Shown here in pieces: positions 52,495-62,182 of a stretch of DNA of 64,000 nt. Source of the stretch: a candidate division WOR-3 bacterium (lineage in GTDB: Bacteria; Hydrothermota; 32-111). Position 1 is the first letter of the stretch. Every line of letters begins with the position of its first letter. The notes beneath the pieces were generated by a model. That model ran no database searches and was not told where the DNA came from. It saw only the letters and a program-made list of their open reading frames with translations. The stretch lies in assembly GCA_039804105.1 (NCBI GenBank), contig JBDRZU010000002.1, positions 96,001 to 160,000 of the forward strand. The letters are read 5' to 3'. The translations under genes were made by a program, and so were the position numbers.

Positions 52495-53806
52495 TTTTGA
52501 GTATTCCTTCAGATGCTATTATACCAGATATGGCTGCACCAACTATACCTCTTGATTTGCCAGCACCATCACCTGCAACAAAAATATTTTTTACATTCGT
52601 TTCAAGTGTTTCCGTTGTGTTATAAACAAGTGAATAGAATTTCACCTCAGGTGCATATATTATGTTTTCCTCTTTCAAAATCGTGTTTCCAAAAATTTTA
52701 TTAAGTTTTATCAGTGCTTCTTTCAACTCTTTAATTATCTTGTAAGGATAAGACATCCTTATGTCTCCTGGTGTTACAAGTTTTCCAACATTGAGTGTTG
52801 GTTTAACCCGATCGAACCATCTTGTTTTATCAAAAAATGTTTCCTCTTTGCTTCTTTTCTCATCAAGAAAATCACCAACCCTTTGTATTATTGGCCTACC
52901 ATTTCCAAGAATGTTTGTTGAAATTGCTATCAACCTTCCATAAACAAAAGGATCTGTTAACGGTTCAGTCAAAATTATCGTATCAAGAAGTGCAAAATTT
53001 GTGTTTTCAGTTTTGCTACTTTTTAAAGCATCCCCATTTACAAGAGTGAAATCATCATACCTTTCAAGTGTAACTCTTCCCCCCGGATTTGTACAGAATG
53101 TTCTTAATATGTTTCCATACTTCGACTTTATCTTGAACTTTGGATCATAGATAACATCAGTTATCGGATACGACTCTTTTCTCATTTCAACTCTAATACC
53201 GACATCGATCTTTTTGCCGTTCGAATATGAGATGTTCAGCCTATTCGAGATCTCTCTGAGCCACTTTGAACCACTTCTTCCTGGAGCTAAGATTACATAT
53301 TTCCCTTCAAAACTTTCACTCTTAGATGTTTCAAGGATATAAAGTTTATCTTTAATTTTTACATCAACTATTTCAGTTGAAAGTTTAAACTTTACTCCAT
53401 TTTTTTCAAGAAAATTTCTGAAGTTTTTTATAACATTTTTTGAAAGATCGGTTCCTATATGCTTTTGTACAGCAGGTATAAACTCAACATCGTTTCTTTT
53501 TGCCCTTTCATCCCATTCTTTATAGAGTGTCTCATCATCACCAAAAATCTGGTCTGGTGCCCCAAATTTCAAAAATGTCTTATCGATAAACTCTATATAC
53601 TCTTTCGCTTTATCTTTTGTGATTTTTAACTCATCAAGATCCATTCCGATTTCAGTTGACAGGTTCAATTTACAATCGTTCAACATCCCACCTGAAGGGA
53701 ATGGATTTTTATCTATAACGAGAATCGAATTTTTACCATGATTTACAAGATTTAAGGCAGCAAAAAGACCAGCGGGTCCTGAACCAACAATAATTATCTC
53801 ATACAT
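52481..53806 (-). CDS. FAD/NAD(P)-dependent oxidoreductase (COG2509-like)
   Basis: IVGSGPAG, HIGTD, APGRSG, VDVGIRVE, RTFCTNPGG, PEVKFYS, AGDGAG. ATG 53806 lies 8 nt after TATAAT. Confidence 0.85.
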   Translation of the reverse strand: MYEIIIVGSGPAGLFAALNLVNHGKNSILVIDKNPFPSGGMLNDCKLNLSTEIGMDLDELKITKDKAKEYIEFIDKTFLKFGAPDQIFGDDETLYKEWDERAKRNDVEFIPAVQKHIGTDLSKNVIKNFRNFLEKNGVKFKLSTEIVDVKIKDKLYILETSKSESFEGKYVILAPGRSGSKWLREISNRLNISYSNGKKIDVGIRVEMRKESYPITDVIYDPKFKIKSKYGNILRTFCTNPGGRVTLERYDDFTLVNGDALKSSKTENTNFALLDTIILTEPLTDPFVYGRLIAISTNILGNGRPIIQRVGDFLDEKRSKEETFFDKTRWFDRVKPTLNVGKLVTPGDIRMSYPYKIIKELKEALIKLNKIFGNTILKEENIIYAPEVKFYSLVYNTTETLETNVKNIFVAGDGAGKSRGIVGAAISGIIASEGILKNENS

Positions 53807-53846
53807 AAACAAGGATTATATCAAAAAAAAATAGGATGTAAATATT

Positions 53847-54872
53847 TTATAAATCAAAAGGTAGATCCGTTATAAATTTTTCTCTTCTGTCACCTCTTTC
53901 TTTAATGAGTATTTTACCTGCTCTTTGAACTGTTTCTTCTGTTATCTTCAAAGTTGACCTTTCATCCTCTTTAAGACAGATTTTGTTATCGTACAGTTGA
54001 TATTTTTCTCTATATTCCTGAGGGGTATAATTTGGCATTATAACGTTTGCTCCACTGTTTAACGCTTTTTCTCTTCCTTCTTTATCAAGTGTTGCCATAG
54101 AGGTTGTTGCTGGAATATTTGTGTTGATCGTGACCAATCTTAACAGTGCGATAAAGTTTAACACAAGTTCAAAATCAGGTGGTCTTTGATCTTTCAAAGG
54201 TGTTTGGTGATGTGGAATAAAAGGCCCAACTCCAAGCATATCAAAATCATACATCTTAAAAAAAAGAATATCCTTTGCAAGATCATCGTATGTTTGCCCA
54301 GGAAGACCTATCATAACTCCGGTTCCCGTTTCATAACCAAGTTCCTTTAAAGTTAAAAGTGCTTTTAACCTTACATCAAAATCATCATCTGGATGCAATT
54401 TCTTAAAAAGTTCTCTATTTGTAGTTTCTATCCTTAAAAGGAATCTATCAGCACCTGCTCTTTTCCATTCATAATATTTTTCCCTTTTTCTTTCTCCAAC
54501 AGAGAGAGTTATTGCCATATCAAAATTTTTCTTTGTGTATTCGATTATCTCAGTTATATCCTTGTCATATATATCAACTTCTCCACTCTGTAAAACAATT
54601 GTTCGAAAACCATCATCATAACTTTTTTTTATCAATTCTTTTATCAGTTCTTTTTCGATAGTATACCTTGCAATTTTATTGTTGCTTTTTCTTATTCCAC
54701 AATATAAACAATCTTTTTTACATAGATTTGAAAACTCTATGATTCCTCTTAAATAAACATTTTTTCCATAAATCCTTTCAGTTAAAATGTTTGCCTTTTC
54801 TTGAAGTAACAACGAATCTTCCCCCTTACTTTTTAAAAGGAGTGAGAGTTGCTCTAAGGTGTAATTTTTCAT
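53847..54872 (-). CDS. hydE: [FeFe]-hydrogenase maturase HydE (radical SAM)
   Basis: RGIIEFSNLCKKDCLYCG, VLQSGE, GPFIPH, PATT, GANVIMPN, YQLYDNK. Confidence 0.93.
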   Translation of the reverse strand: MKNYTLEQLSLLLKSKGEDSLLLQEKANILTERIYGKNVYLRGIIEFSNLCKKDCLYCGIRKSNNKIARYTIEKELIKELIKKSYDDGFRTIVLQSGEVDIYDKDITEIIEYTKKNFDMAITLSVGERKREKYYEWKRAGADRFLLRIETTNRELFKKLHPDDDFDVRLKALLTLKELGYETGTGVMIGLPGQTYDDLAKDILFFKMYDFDMLGVGPFIPHHQTPLKDQRPPDFELVLNFIALLRLVTINTNIPATTSMATLDKEGREKALNSGANVIMPNYTPQEYREKYQLYDNKICLKEDERSTLKITEETVQRAGKILIKERGDRREKFITDLPFDL

Positions 54873-56104
54873 CTATTCTCCGGGAAAATATTTATATACT
54901 CTCTATAAACATCATCAAAAACTCTAATCGTTCTTTTTAAAGCGTTATGTATATGAGAGATTATAACACCATAATTTGTAACAGGTATGTTATGCTCTTT
55001 CGCTTTTGCGATTCTTGAAAGAACCTCTTTTCTGTTAACCATACAACTTCCACATAGAATCACAAGTTTTGAATCTTCAAGATTTTGGTGTATCATTATT
55101 CCTGGATTCATAACAAAATTCAACTTTTTTCCAGTATAACTTTCGATCCATTTAGGGAGTTTGTATCTGCCTATATCATCAGGCTGTGGATGATGTGTAC
55201 ATGCTTCAGCAATAAAAATTTTATCACCATCGTTCAATTCTTTTAAAACTTTAAGACCTCTTACATATTCGATAAGATCACCTTTCAACCTTGAAAAAAC
55301 TATTGAATATGTAGTTATATATATATCTTCAGGAACAACTTTTGCGACATAATCAACAACCTGAGAGTCAGTTATCACAAGTTTTGGTTTTTTATTCAAA
55401 ATTTTCAAACTCTGCTCAAGTTCAGTATGTTGAACAACAACTGATATTGAGTTCGCATCAAGTGCATCCCTTAACACCTGCTCCTGTGGAAGTATAACTC
55501 TACCTTTCGGAGCAGCGGAATCTATCGGTATGACCTGAACAATTATATCATCCTTGCCAACGATATCTCTGATTATTATATCTGATGTGATCACTTCTTT
55601 TAAAAGAGATGCGATCTTTTCTCTCAATTTTAAAATATTTTCTCCAGTTGAGGAAGAAACTTCCATATATTCAAGTTTTTCACTGGTTATCCAGTCCAAA
55701 ACTTTTTTATCAGTTTTTTCGATATCCATTTTTGAAAAAACAACAAGTATCTTTTCACCTTTGTCTTTCATTTTCTTTATGAAATCTTTATCAAACTGAT
55801 TGAAAGTCGAATATGTTGAAACAAGGATTATAAGATCAGTTTTCCCTAAAACCTCAAGAGATTTTTTGACCCTCTCTTTTCCAAGTTCACCTTCATCATC
55901 TATCCCAGCAGTATCAACTATATAAACAGGGCCAAGAGGTAAAATTTCCATTCTTTTTCCAACAGGGTCGGTAGTTGTTCCAGGGATATCTGAAACTATA
56001 GCAATCTTCTGGCCAGTTAAACTGTTTATCAGAGAAGATTTTCCAACATTTCTTTTACCAAAAATCCCTATGTGGGGAGCCATCGAAAGTAGTTCTTTTT
56101 TCAT
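54869..56104 (-). CDS. hydF: [FeFe]-hydrogenase maturation GTPase HydF
   Basis: GKRNVGKSS, GTTTDPV, DTAG, APKGRVILPQ, EACTHH, CGSCM. Confidence 0.95.
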   Translation of the reverse strand: MKKELLSMAPHIGIFGKRNVGKSSLINSLTGQKIAIVSDIPGTTTDPVGKRMEILPLGPVYIVDTAGIDDEGELGKERVKKSLEVLGKTDLIILVSTYSTFNQFDKDFIKKMKDKGEKILVVFSKMDIEKTDKKVLDWITSEKLEYMEVSSSTGENILKLREKIASLLKEVITSDIIIRDIVGKDDIIVQVIPIDSAAPKGRVILPQEQVLRDALDANSISVVVQHTELEQSLKILNKKPKLVITDSQVVDYVAKVVPEDIYITTYSIVFSRLKGDLIEYVRGLKVLKELNDGDKIFIAEACTHHPQPDDIGRYKLPKWIESYTGKKLNFVMNPGIMIHQNLEDSKLVILCGSCMVNRKEVLSRIAKAKEHNIPVTNYGVIISHIHNALKRTIRVFDDVYREYINIFPENR

Positions 56105-56113
56105 AACAACCTC

Positions 56114-57511
56114 TTAAAAATAAAGATCTCTTTTTCCGTCTTTTGTTTTTTTAACCTTTTCTAAAAATTTTTTCTTCAAAGGAGAATCTTCCATCTTTGA
56201 TATCTCGTTTTCAACAAGTTTGTACCCAATTTCTTTTGTCTTTTCAGATGCATAATCTTCAAGGTATTCGATGAAGGTTAAAAGTGCGTTTGGCTGACAG
56301 AATGTATGTATATGCCCACCTTTTGCCTCACTCATAAAATGAGCACCTGTTCTTCCACTTCTATAACATGAAGTACAGAATGAGGGAATATAACCATGTG
56401 ATGCTATATCCTGAATGACCTCATCAAGTGAACGCGTATCTCCGATTGTAAACTGTTGCATATCAGGTTTATTACATAAAGCATCATGGTAAGCACCAGG
56501 ATATGTTCTTGATCCAGCACTGATCTGTGAGACCCCAAGTTGGAAAAGTTCTCTCCTGAAATCAGCTGTTTCTCTTGTTGAAAGAATAAGTCCTGTATAA
56601 GGAACAGCAATTCTGAGTATTGCAACAATCTTTTTAAAATCATCGTTTGTTATTTCAACTGGAGGATGTTCTGAAAGTGGTGCACCAAGTGCGGGTTCAA
56701 TTCGTGGAAAGGATATAGTGTGCGGGCCTACACCAAAAACTTTTTCAAGATGTTCAGCATGTTGAATTAAAGCCATCACCTCAAACCTGTAATCATAAAG
56801 TCCAAACAACACTCCCATAGCAACATCATCTATTCCCGCTTCCTGTGCCCTGTCAAGAGCATATAATCTGTAAAGATAATCTCTCTTTTTTCCACCTAAA
56901 TGAACCTTTTCATATGTTTTACGATGATATGTTTCCTGAAAACATTGATATGTTCCAATACCTGAACTCTTCAAAATTTTAAAATCCTCAACATCCATAG
57001 GAGCAACATTAACATTTATTCTTCTGATCTCTCCATTTTTTGATTTAACGGAGTAAGCTGCAAGGATTGTATCTTTTATCCAATCAGCTTTAAATTGTGG
57101 ATGTTCACCATAAACCATCAAAATCCTTTTATGACCTTCATCTTCAAGTATTTTTACCTCTTCTTTAATTTCATCTATCGTTAATGTTCTTCTGTTCAAA
57201 TCTTTATTATCTGCCCTAAAACCACAATATGCACAGATGTTACCACAAACATTTGTCACATAGAGAGGAGCGAAAATCACAAGACGGTTTCCATAAATAT
57301 CCTCTTTTATTTTTAAAGCGAGAGAAAACATCTTTTCTTTCAACTCTTCATCATCGTTCTGTAAGAGAACATAAACATCTTCAACTGAAAGTCCTTTTTT
57401 CTCTTCACCTTTTTTTAAAACTTCAAGAACCTCATTTCTTGAAGGTTTTCTATTTTCTTTTATCAAACGATCAAGATATTCCTGATCTATAAAATCTTTT
57501 AGCTGTTCCAT
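56114..57511 (-). CDS. hydG: [FeFe]-hydrogenase maturase HydG (radical SAM)
   Basis: FAPLY..NVCGNICAYCGF, FQETYH, GPHTISFPR, C-terminal CTSCYR...C auxiliary cluster motif. Confidence 0.95.
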   Translation of the reverse strand: MEQLKDFIDQEYLDRLIKENRKPSRNEVLEVLKKGEEKKGLSVEDVYVLLQNDDEELKEKMFSLALKIKEDIYGNRLVIFAPLYVTNVCGNICAYCGFRADNKDLNRRTLTIDEIKEEVKILEDEGHKRILMVYGEHPQFKADWIKDTILAAYSVKSKNGEIRRINVNVAPMDVEDFKILKSSGIGTYQCFQETYHRKTYEKVHLGGKKRDYLYRLYALDRAQEAGIDDVAMGVLFGLYDYRFEVMALIQHAEHLEKVFGVGPHTISFPRIEPALGAPLSEHPPVEITNDDFKKIVAILRIAVPYTGLILSTRETADFRRELFQLGVSQISAGSRTYPGAYHDALCNKPDMQQFTIGDTRSLDEVIQDIASHGYIPSFCTSCYRSGRTGAHFMSEAKGGHIHTFCQPNALLTFIEYLEDYASEKTKEIGYKLVENEISKMEDSPLKKKFLEKVKKTKDGKRDLYF

Positions 57512-57783
57512 TTTTTCTCCTTTTTTATCAAAGTTGATGAAACTTTTACACCTTTCAACCTTCCAAGTTTACCGGTCATTGCTCCAATATCATCATTTGT
57601 TCCTTCAACTATAAGCGATATCGCACAAAAATTTTCTCCAATGTTTGGGATACCCATCCTTCCTCTGATTATATAACCATAATCGGTTAATATCTGGTTT
57701 ACATTATGGGATTGTTCCAACCGGTTTTCAATAATAATACCTATTACCCCAATCCTCAAATCATCTTTTTTGTTTTCTTCCAT
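57499..57783 (-). CDS. TM1266-family iron-only hydrogenase system putative regulator (ACT-like)
   Basis: RIGVIGIIIE, VNQILTDY..IRGRMGIP, GKLGRLKGV; upstream of hydG. Confidence 0.9.
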   Translation of the reverse strand: MEENKKDDLRIGVIGIIIENRLEQSHNVNQILTDYGYIIRGRMGIPNIGENFCAISLIVEGTNDDIGAMTGKLGRLKGVKVSSTLIKKEKKWNS

Positions 57784-57870
57784 TTTTTCTCCTCGGACTC
57801 AATTTTTCTCGTCCTCAGTATTTTTTAGATTCCTCGGTTTTTGGAATTATCCATCACCTCAGATATTATT

Positions 57871-57898
57871 ATTTTAACTAAAAAAATCTATCTGTCAA
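57871..57898 (-). promoter_or_regulatory. sigma70-type promoter of the hyd maturation operon
   Basis: TTGACA-N16-TAAAAT. Confidence 0.65.
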
Positions 57899-57900
57899 TT

Positions 57901-58569
57901 CTAAAATGTATTATCACTTTCATCAATACTTTTTTTTGCAATCTCTATAAGAACTCCTAAATATATTATTAGAAAAACAAACACTATTTCACCAAAAATC
58001 AAATTCAAAGATACAATAAAGTTGTAAATAAAATGCAAAAATATTGGTATAATCAAAGCTAACAATATATATAATCTATAAATTATTTCTTTACCGTGAA
58101 AAAATTTTGCTTTCATAAAAAAATAACCCATAACTGTTCCAAACAAAGTATGGGCTGGAATCGCAGTAAAAGGCCTTGTGACTGCTACGACCATTCCATA
58201 ACTGATTACATAAAAAATATTTTCCAAAAAAGCAAAGCCGAGAGAAATTAGAACAGAATAAAATATGGCATCAAAAGGTTCATCAAAGTTTTTATTTCTG
58301 TATATAAAAAAGAGAAAAGTTAAAAACTTTAAACTTTCCTCAACAATACCGCCATTCAAACCTGCCCGATAGACCTGTTTGATCTGAAAAACTTCAAAAA
58401 CCTCAGAAAACATTGATTCTATAATAATAGCAGGAAAAACAAGAAAAATTCCAAAAACAAAAGAAAAAATGATCATACTCAACGGTTCTTTATTTTTTCT
58501 GTCTCTTAAATAGAAATATCTTACCAAAACAATAAAAGGAAGAACAGAAAGAATAATTTTAAGAACCAT
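57901..58569 (-). CDS. PrsW-family intramembrane metalloprotease
   Basis: DRKNKEP, VEESLK, FDEPFDAI, GFAFLENI, PAH, LHFIYN. Confidence 0.9.
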   Translation of the reverse strand: MVLKIILSVLPFIVLVRYFYLRDRKNKEPLSMIIFSFVFGIFLVFPAIIIESMFSEVFEVFQIKQVYRAGLNGGIVEESLKFLTFLFFIYRNKNFDEPFDAIFYSVLISLGFAFLENIFYVISYGMVVAVTRPFTAIPAHTLFGTVMGYFFMKAKFFHGKEIIYRLYILLALIIPIFLHFIYNFIVSLNLIFGEIVFVFLIIYLGVLIEIAKKSIDESDNTF

Positions 58570-60011
58570 TATTTGGGACCTTCATAGTTTGGTGCTTCTT
58601 TTGAAATTATTACGTTATGTGGATGGTTTTCCTTAACAGAGGAGTAAGATATTTTTATGAATTCGGCATTTTTTTGTAGGTCTTTTATAGTTTTTGTACC
58701 ACAGTATCCCATTCCAGATCTTATACCACCAACAAGTTGAAATAAAACTTCTGAAACTTTCCCTTTATATGGTACCCTTGCAACTATTCCTTCAGGCACA
58801 AGTTTTTGTGCCTCTTCCTGAAAATATCTATCCTTTGAGCCAGCCATCATCGCATCTATTGAACCCATTCCTCTATAAACTTTAAACTTTCTGCCATCCA
58901 TTATAACTGTTTCTCCTGGTGCTTCATCGGTTCCAGCAAGTAATCCTCCTATCATTACAACATCAGCACCTGCTGCAAGTGCTTTTACAATATCTCCAGA
59001 ATAAACGATTCCACCATCAGCAATAAGTGGTATATTATTTGTCAAAGTTATATTTTTAACTTCCATAATTGCGGTTAACTGTGGCACACCAACACCTGCG
59101 ATAACCCTTGTGGTACATATAGAACCAGGGCCTATTCCAACCTTCACTCCATCAACCCCAGCATCGATAAGGTGTTTTGCTCCCTCTTTTGTCGCTACAT
59201 TTCCTGCAATAACATCTATTTTGAATCTTTTCTTGATCTCTTTAACTTTTAAAATCACATTTTTTGAATCACCATGAGCAGAATCTACAACGATAAGATC
59301 AACTCCAGCCTCTATAAGTTTTTCGGCTCTCTCAACGGAATCTGAAGAAACACCAATAGCAGCACCTACCCTTAACCTCCCAAATTTATCTTTGCAGGCA
59401 AGCGGATGTTCAACAAGATTTAATATATCTTTTATTGTTATCAATCCAATAAGATGGTTGCTATCGTCAACAACAGGTAATTTTTCAATTCTCTTCTCTC
59501 TGAAGATTTCTTTTGCTTTTTTTAGAGTTATTCCCTTTTTTGCTACAATAAGATCTTTAGATGTCATTCGGTCTTTTACAAGCACATTCATATTCTCTTC
59601 AAATAGAATGTCTCTTTTTGTTAATATTCCAACAAGTCGTTTTTTTTCATCAACAACTGGAAGTCCAGAGAGGTTATACTCTTTCATATATTTCTTTGCA
59701 TCACCGATTGTATTATCTGGGGAAAGTGTCAAAGGATCCTGTATCATACCCGATTCATACCTTTTTACCCTTCTTACCTCTTCGGACTGTTCTTTTACAC
59801 TCATATTTTTATGGATTATTCCCAATCCACCTTCCTTTGCCATCTCAATAGCCATTGCACTTTCTGTAACAGTATCCATTGCAGCAGAAATTATCGGTAT
59901 GTTCAGGGAAATATTTTTTGTAAGGTTCGTTTTTAAAACTACATCTTTTGGTAAAATTTCAGAATATTTGGGAACAAGTAAAACATCATCAAAAGTTAAT
60001 CCTTCTTTCAT
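58569..60011 (-). CDS. guaB: IMP dehydrogenase
   Basis: [19 protein letters not shown] pair, [17 protein letters not shown]. Confidence 0.97.
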   Translation of the reverse strand: MKEGLTFDDVLLVPKYSEILPKDVVLKTNLTKNISLNIPIISAAMDTVTESAMAIEMAKEGGLGIIHKNMSVKEQSEEVRRVKRYESGMIQDPLTLSPDNTIGDAKKYMKEYNLSGLPVVDEKKRLVGILTKRDILFEENMNVLVKDRMTSKDLIVAKKGITLKKAKEIFREKRIEKLPVVDDSNHLIGLITIKDILNLVEHPLACKDKFGRLRVGAAIGVSSDSVERAEKLIEAGVDLIVVDSAHGDSKNVILKVKEIKKRFKIDVIAGNVATKEGAKHLIDAGVDGVKVGIGPGSICTTRVIAGVGVPQLTAIMEVKNITLTNNIPLIADGGIVYSGDIVKALAAGADVVMIGGLLAGTDEAPGETVIMDGRKFKVYRGMGSIDAMMAGSKDRYFQEEAQKLVPEGIVARVPYKGKVSEVLFQLVGGIRSGMGYCGTKTIKDLQKNAEFIKISYSSVKENHPHNVIISKEAPNYEGPK

Positions 60012-60021
60012 CTTTCCTCCA

Positions 60022-62139
60022 TCACTTATTTTTTCTCTTTATAACTTTTTCTATCTTTAAATCAAGTATCATCCTTTCTGGTACTATGTTTAAAATCTTA
60101 ACTAAAACCTTATCACCTATAGTTATTATTTTTTTTGTATTGACTCCATAGATTGAAATCTCATCATCACAGACATGGTAAAAATCATCCTCTATGTCTC
60201 TATATCTTACAAGTCCGTCGATAAAGAGATCTTTTATCTGAATAAACATACCGAAAGGTGTAACAGAAGTTATCACACCCTCATATTTCTTTTTCTGATG
60301 TTCTTTCAGGTAATATAGTTTTGCAACATCGTAAGCGTTTCTTTCGGCTTTTTCTGCTGCAATTTCCCTTTCTGTCGAATGTTTTGCAATAACTTCAAGA
60401 TCTGCAGAGTCAAAGAGTTTTCCTTCGATAATTTTTCTTAACTGTCGATGTACTATAAGATCAGGATACCTTCGTATCGGAGAAGTGAAATGGGTGTAAT
60501 ATTTTAAACCGAGTCCATAGTGTCCATAGTTTTTCGTAGTATATTTTGCTTTCATCATAGATCTTAAAATAAGTTCCCTTACGATGAAACCAAAATCACT
60601 GTTTTTACTCTTTTCCAGAATACTTTGTAATTCTTTTCCATCGAACTTTTTTATCTTTATTCCATACTCTTTCAAAATATCCTTTAATTGATAAAGTTTT
60701 TCTATATCGGGTTCTTCATGAATTCTATAGATAGTTATTCTTGTATTGTTTGTGAGAAAGGTTGATATAAGATTGTTGGCTGTTATCATGAAATTTTCGA
60801 TAATTTTATGGGAAGTCAACCTTTTTTTCTCTTTTATATTTTTGATATTTCCTGTATCATCGATTGATATTTCAACTTCTGGAATGTCAAAATCCATTCT
60901 TCCTTCAGAAAAGGCTTTTTTTGATATCTCGTTTGAAAGTTTTTCCATCATCGCAAGATCTGTATAAAATTGATCATCCTTTTTTGTTTTTAAAATTTCT
61001 TCAACCTCTTCATATGTAAACCTTCTTTTACTCTTTATAACAGATGGAAAAATGTTATAAGTTTCTATATCATAGTTACTGTTGAATGTTACTTCACAGG
61101 TTATGGTATACCTTTCCTCATAAGGTCTAAGAGAACAGATATCGTTTGATAACTTTTCAGGTAACATCGGTACAGTTTTTGAGACAAGGTATACACTTGT
61201 TCCCCTTTTGAACGCTTCTTTATCTATCGGATTGTTCTCCTTTACAAAATAAGAAACATCCGCAATATGAACTCCTAATACCAGTTTGTTATCTTTCTGC
61301 TCAATTGAAACGGCATCATCAAAATCTTTTGCATTGTAAGGATCTATAGTAAAGATATTCTTTTCAGTTAAATCAACCCTGTTTTTAAAGTCCTCTTCAG
61401 GATTAAATCTAATCTTTTTAACCTCGATTAAAACATCTTCAGGAAAATTCTCTGAAAATCCATTCTCGATAAGGATCATCTTCTCTATAAGATCAAGTTT
61501 GTTTTCATATTTTAATTCTTTTTCTATAACACCTGTTGGGTTCAATTTAGGTGATAACCAATCGTTTAATTTCACTACAACCCTTTTTTCAAGATATTTT
61601 TCTAGATCTATTCCAAAACCATCTATAAAAATATTTTTCAAAATCTTTTTGTCATCTGGAACCACATAGTAAAATTTCCCACTCTTTTTTAAAACTCCAG
61701 TTATCCTGTCAGATCTTCTTTCAACAACAGAAACTACTTTTCCTTCCTTTCTTTTTCCACCTTTACCGCCCAAGATTTTTACCAACACTCTGTCTTTATC
61801 AAGTGCTGTTCCCATCAGATGTAAAGGTATAAAAATATCATCCTGAAGGTCATCACGTATCAAAAAACCAAAACCTTTTGGATTAACATCGAGAACACCT
61901 GAAACAATGTTCATCTGGGAGGATACACCAAACTTGTTGTTTTTCAACACAACGAGAAAACCTTTCTTTAAAAGGTTCTCAACGACCTTGTTCAATTTTT
62001 GTTCATCTTTGATTTTTAACGCTTTTGAAAGTTCTTTTTTTGAAAACGGTTTTTTGAACCTGTTCAAAATAAATTTTTCAACATTAGTTGGTGTTAAAGA
62101 ATTATTCTGTTCTATTATTTTTCTAGTCTTCTTTTTCAT
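60022..62139 (-). CDS. rnr: Ribonuclease R
   Basis: N-terminal HTH/CSD, TIDPYNAKDFDDA, HFTSPIRRYPDL, C-terminal S1. Confidence 0.95.
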   Translation of the reverse strand: MKKKTRKIIEQNNSLTPTNVEKFILNRFKKPFSKKELSKALKIKDEQKLNKVVENLLKKGFLVVLKNNKFGVSSQMNIVSGVLDVNPKGFGFLIRDDLQDDIFIPLHLMGTALDKDRVLVKILGGKGGKRKEGKVVSVVERRSDRITGVLKKSGKFYYVVPDDKKILKNIFIDGFGIDLEKYLEKRVVVKLNDWLSPKLNPTGVIEKELKYENKLDLIEKMILIENGFSENFPEDVLIEVKKIRFNPEEDFKNRVDLTEKNIFTIDPYNAKDFDDAVSIEQKDNKLVLGVHIADVSYFVKENNPIDKEAFKRGTSVYLVSKTVPMLPEKLSNDICSLRPYEERYTITCEVTFNSNYDIETYNIFPSVIKSKRRFTYEEVEEILKTKKDDQFYTDLAMMEKLSNEISKKAFSEGRMDFDIPEVEISIDDTGNIKNIKEKKRLTSHKIIENFMITANNLISTFLTNNTRITIYRIHEEPDIEKLYQLKDILKEYGIKIKKFDGKELQSILEKSKNSDFGFIVRELILRSMMKAKYTTKNYGHYGLGLKYYTHFTSPIRRYPDLIVHRQLRKIIEGKLFDSADLEVIAKHSTEREIAAEKAERNAYDVAKLYYLKEHQKKKYEGVITSVTPFGMFIQIKDLFIDGLVRYRDIEDDFYHVCDDEISIYGVNTKKIITIGDKVLVKILNIVPERMILDLKIEKVIKRKNK

Positions 62140-62182
62140 AAATTGAGTTTAAAGAAATATTTCTTTCTGTCAATACAACTCT

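Noticed and set aside
59392..60060. 222-aa plus-strand ORF
   Set aside because: Antisense shadow of guaB, like the many other short F/S/I-rich antisense ORFs in the track.
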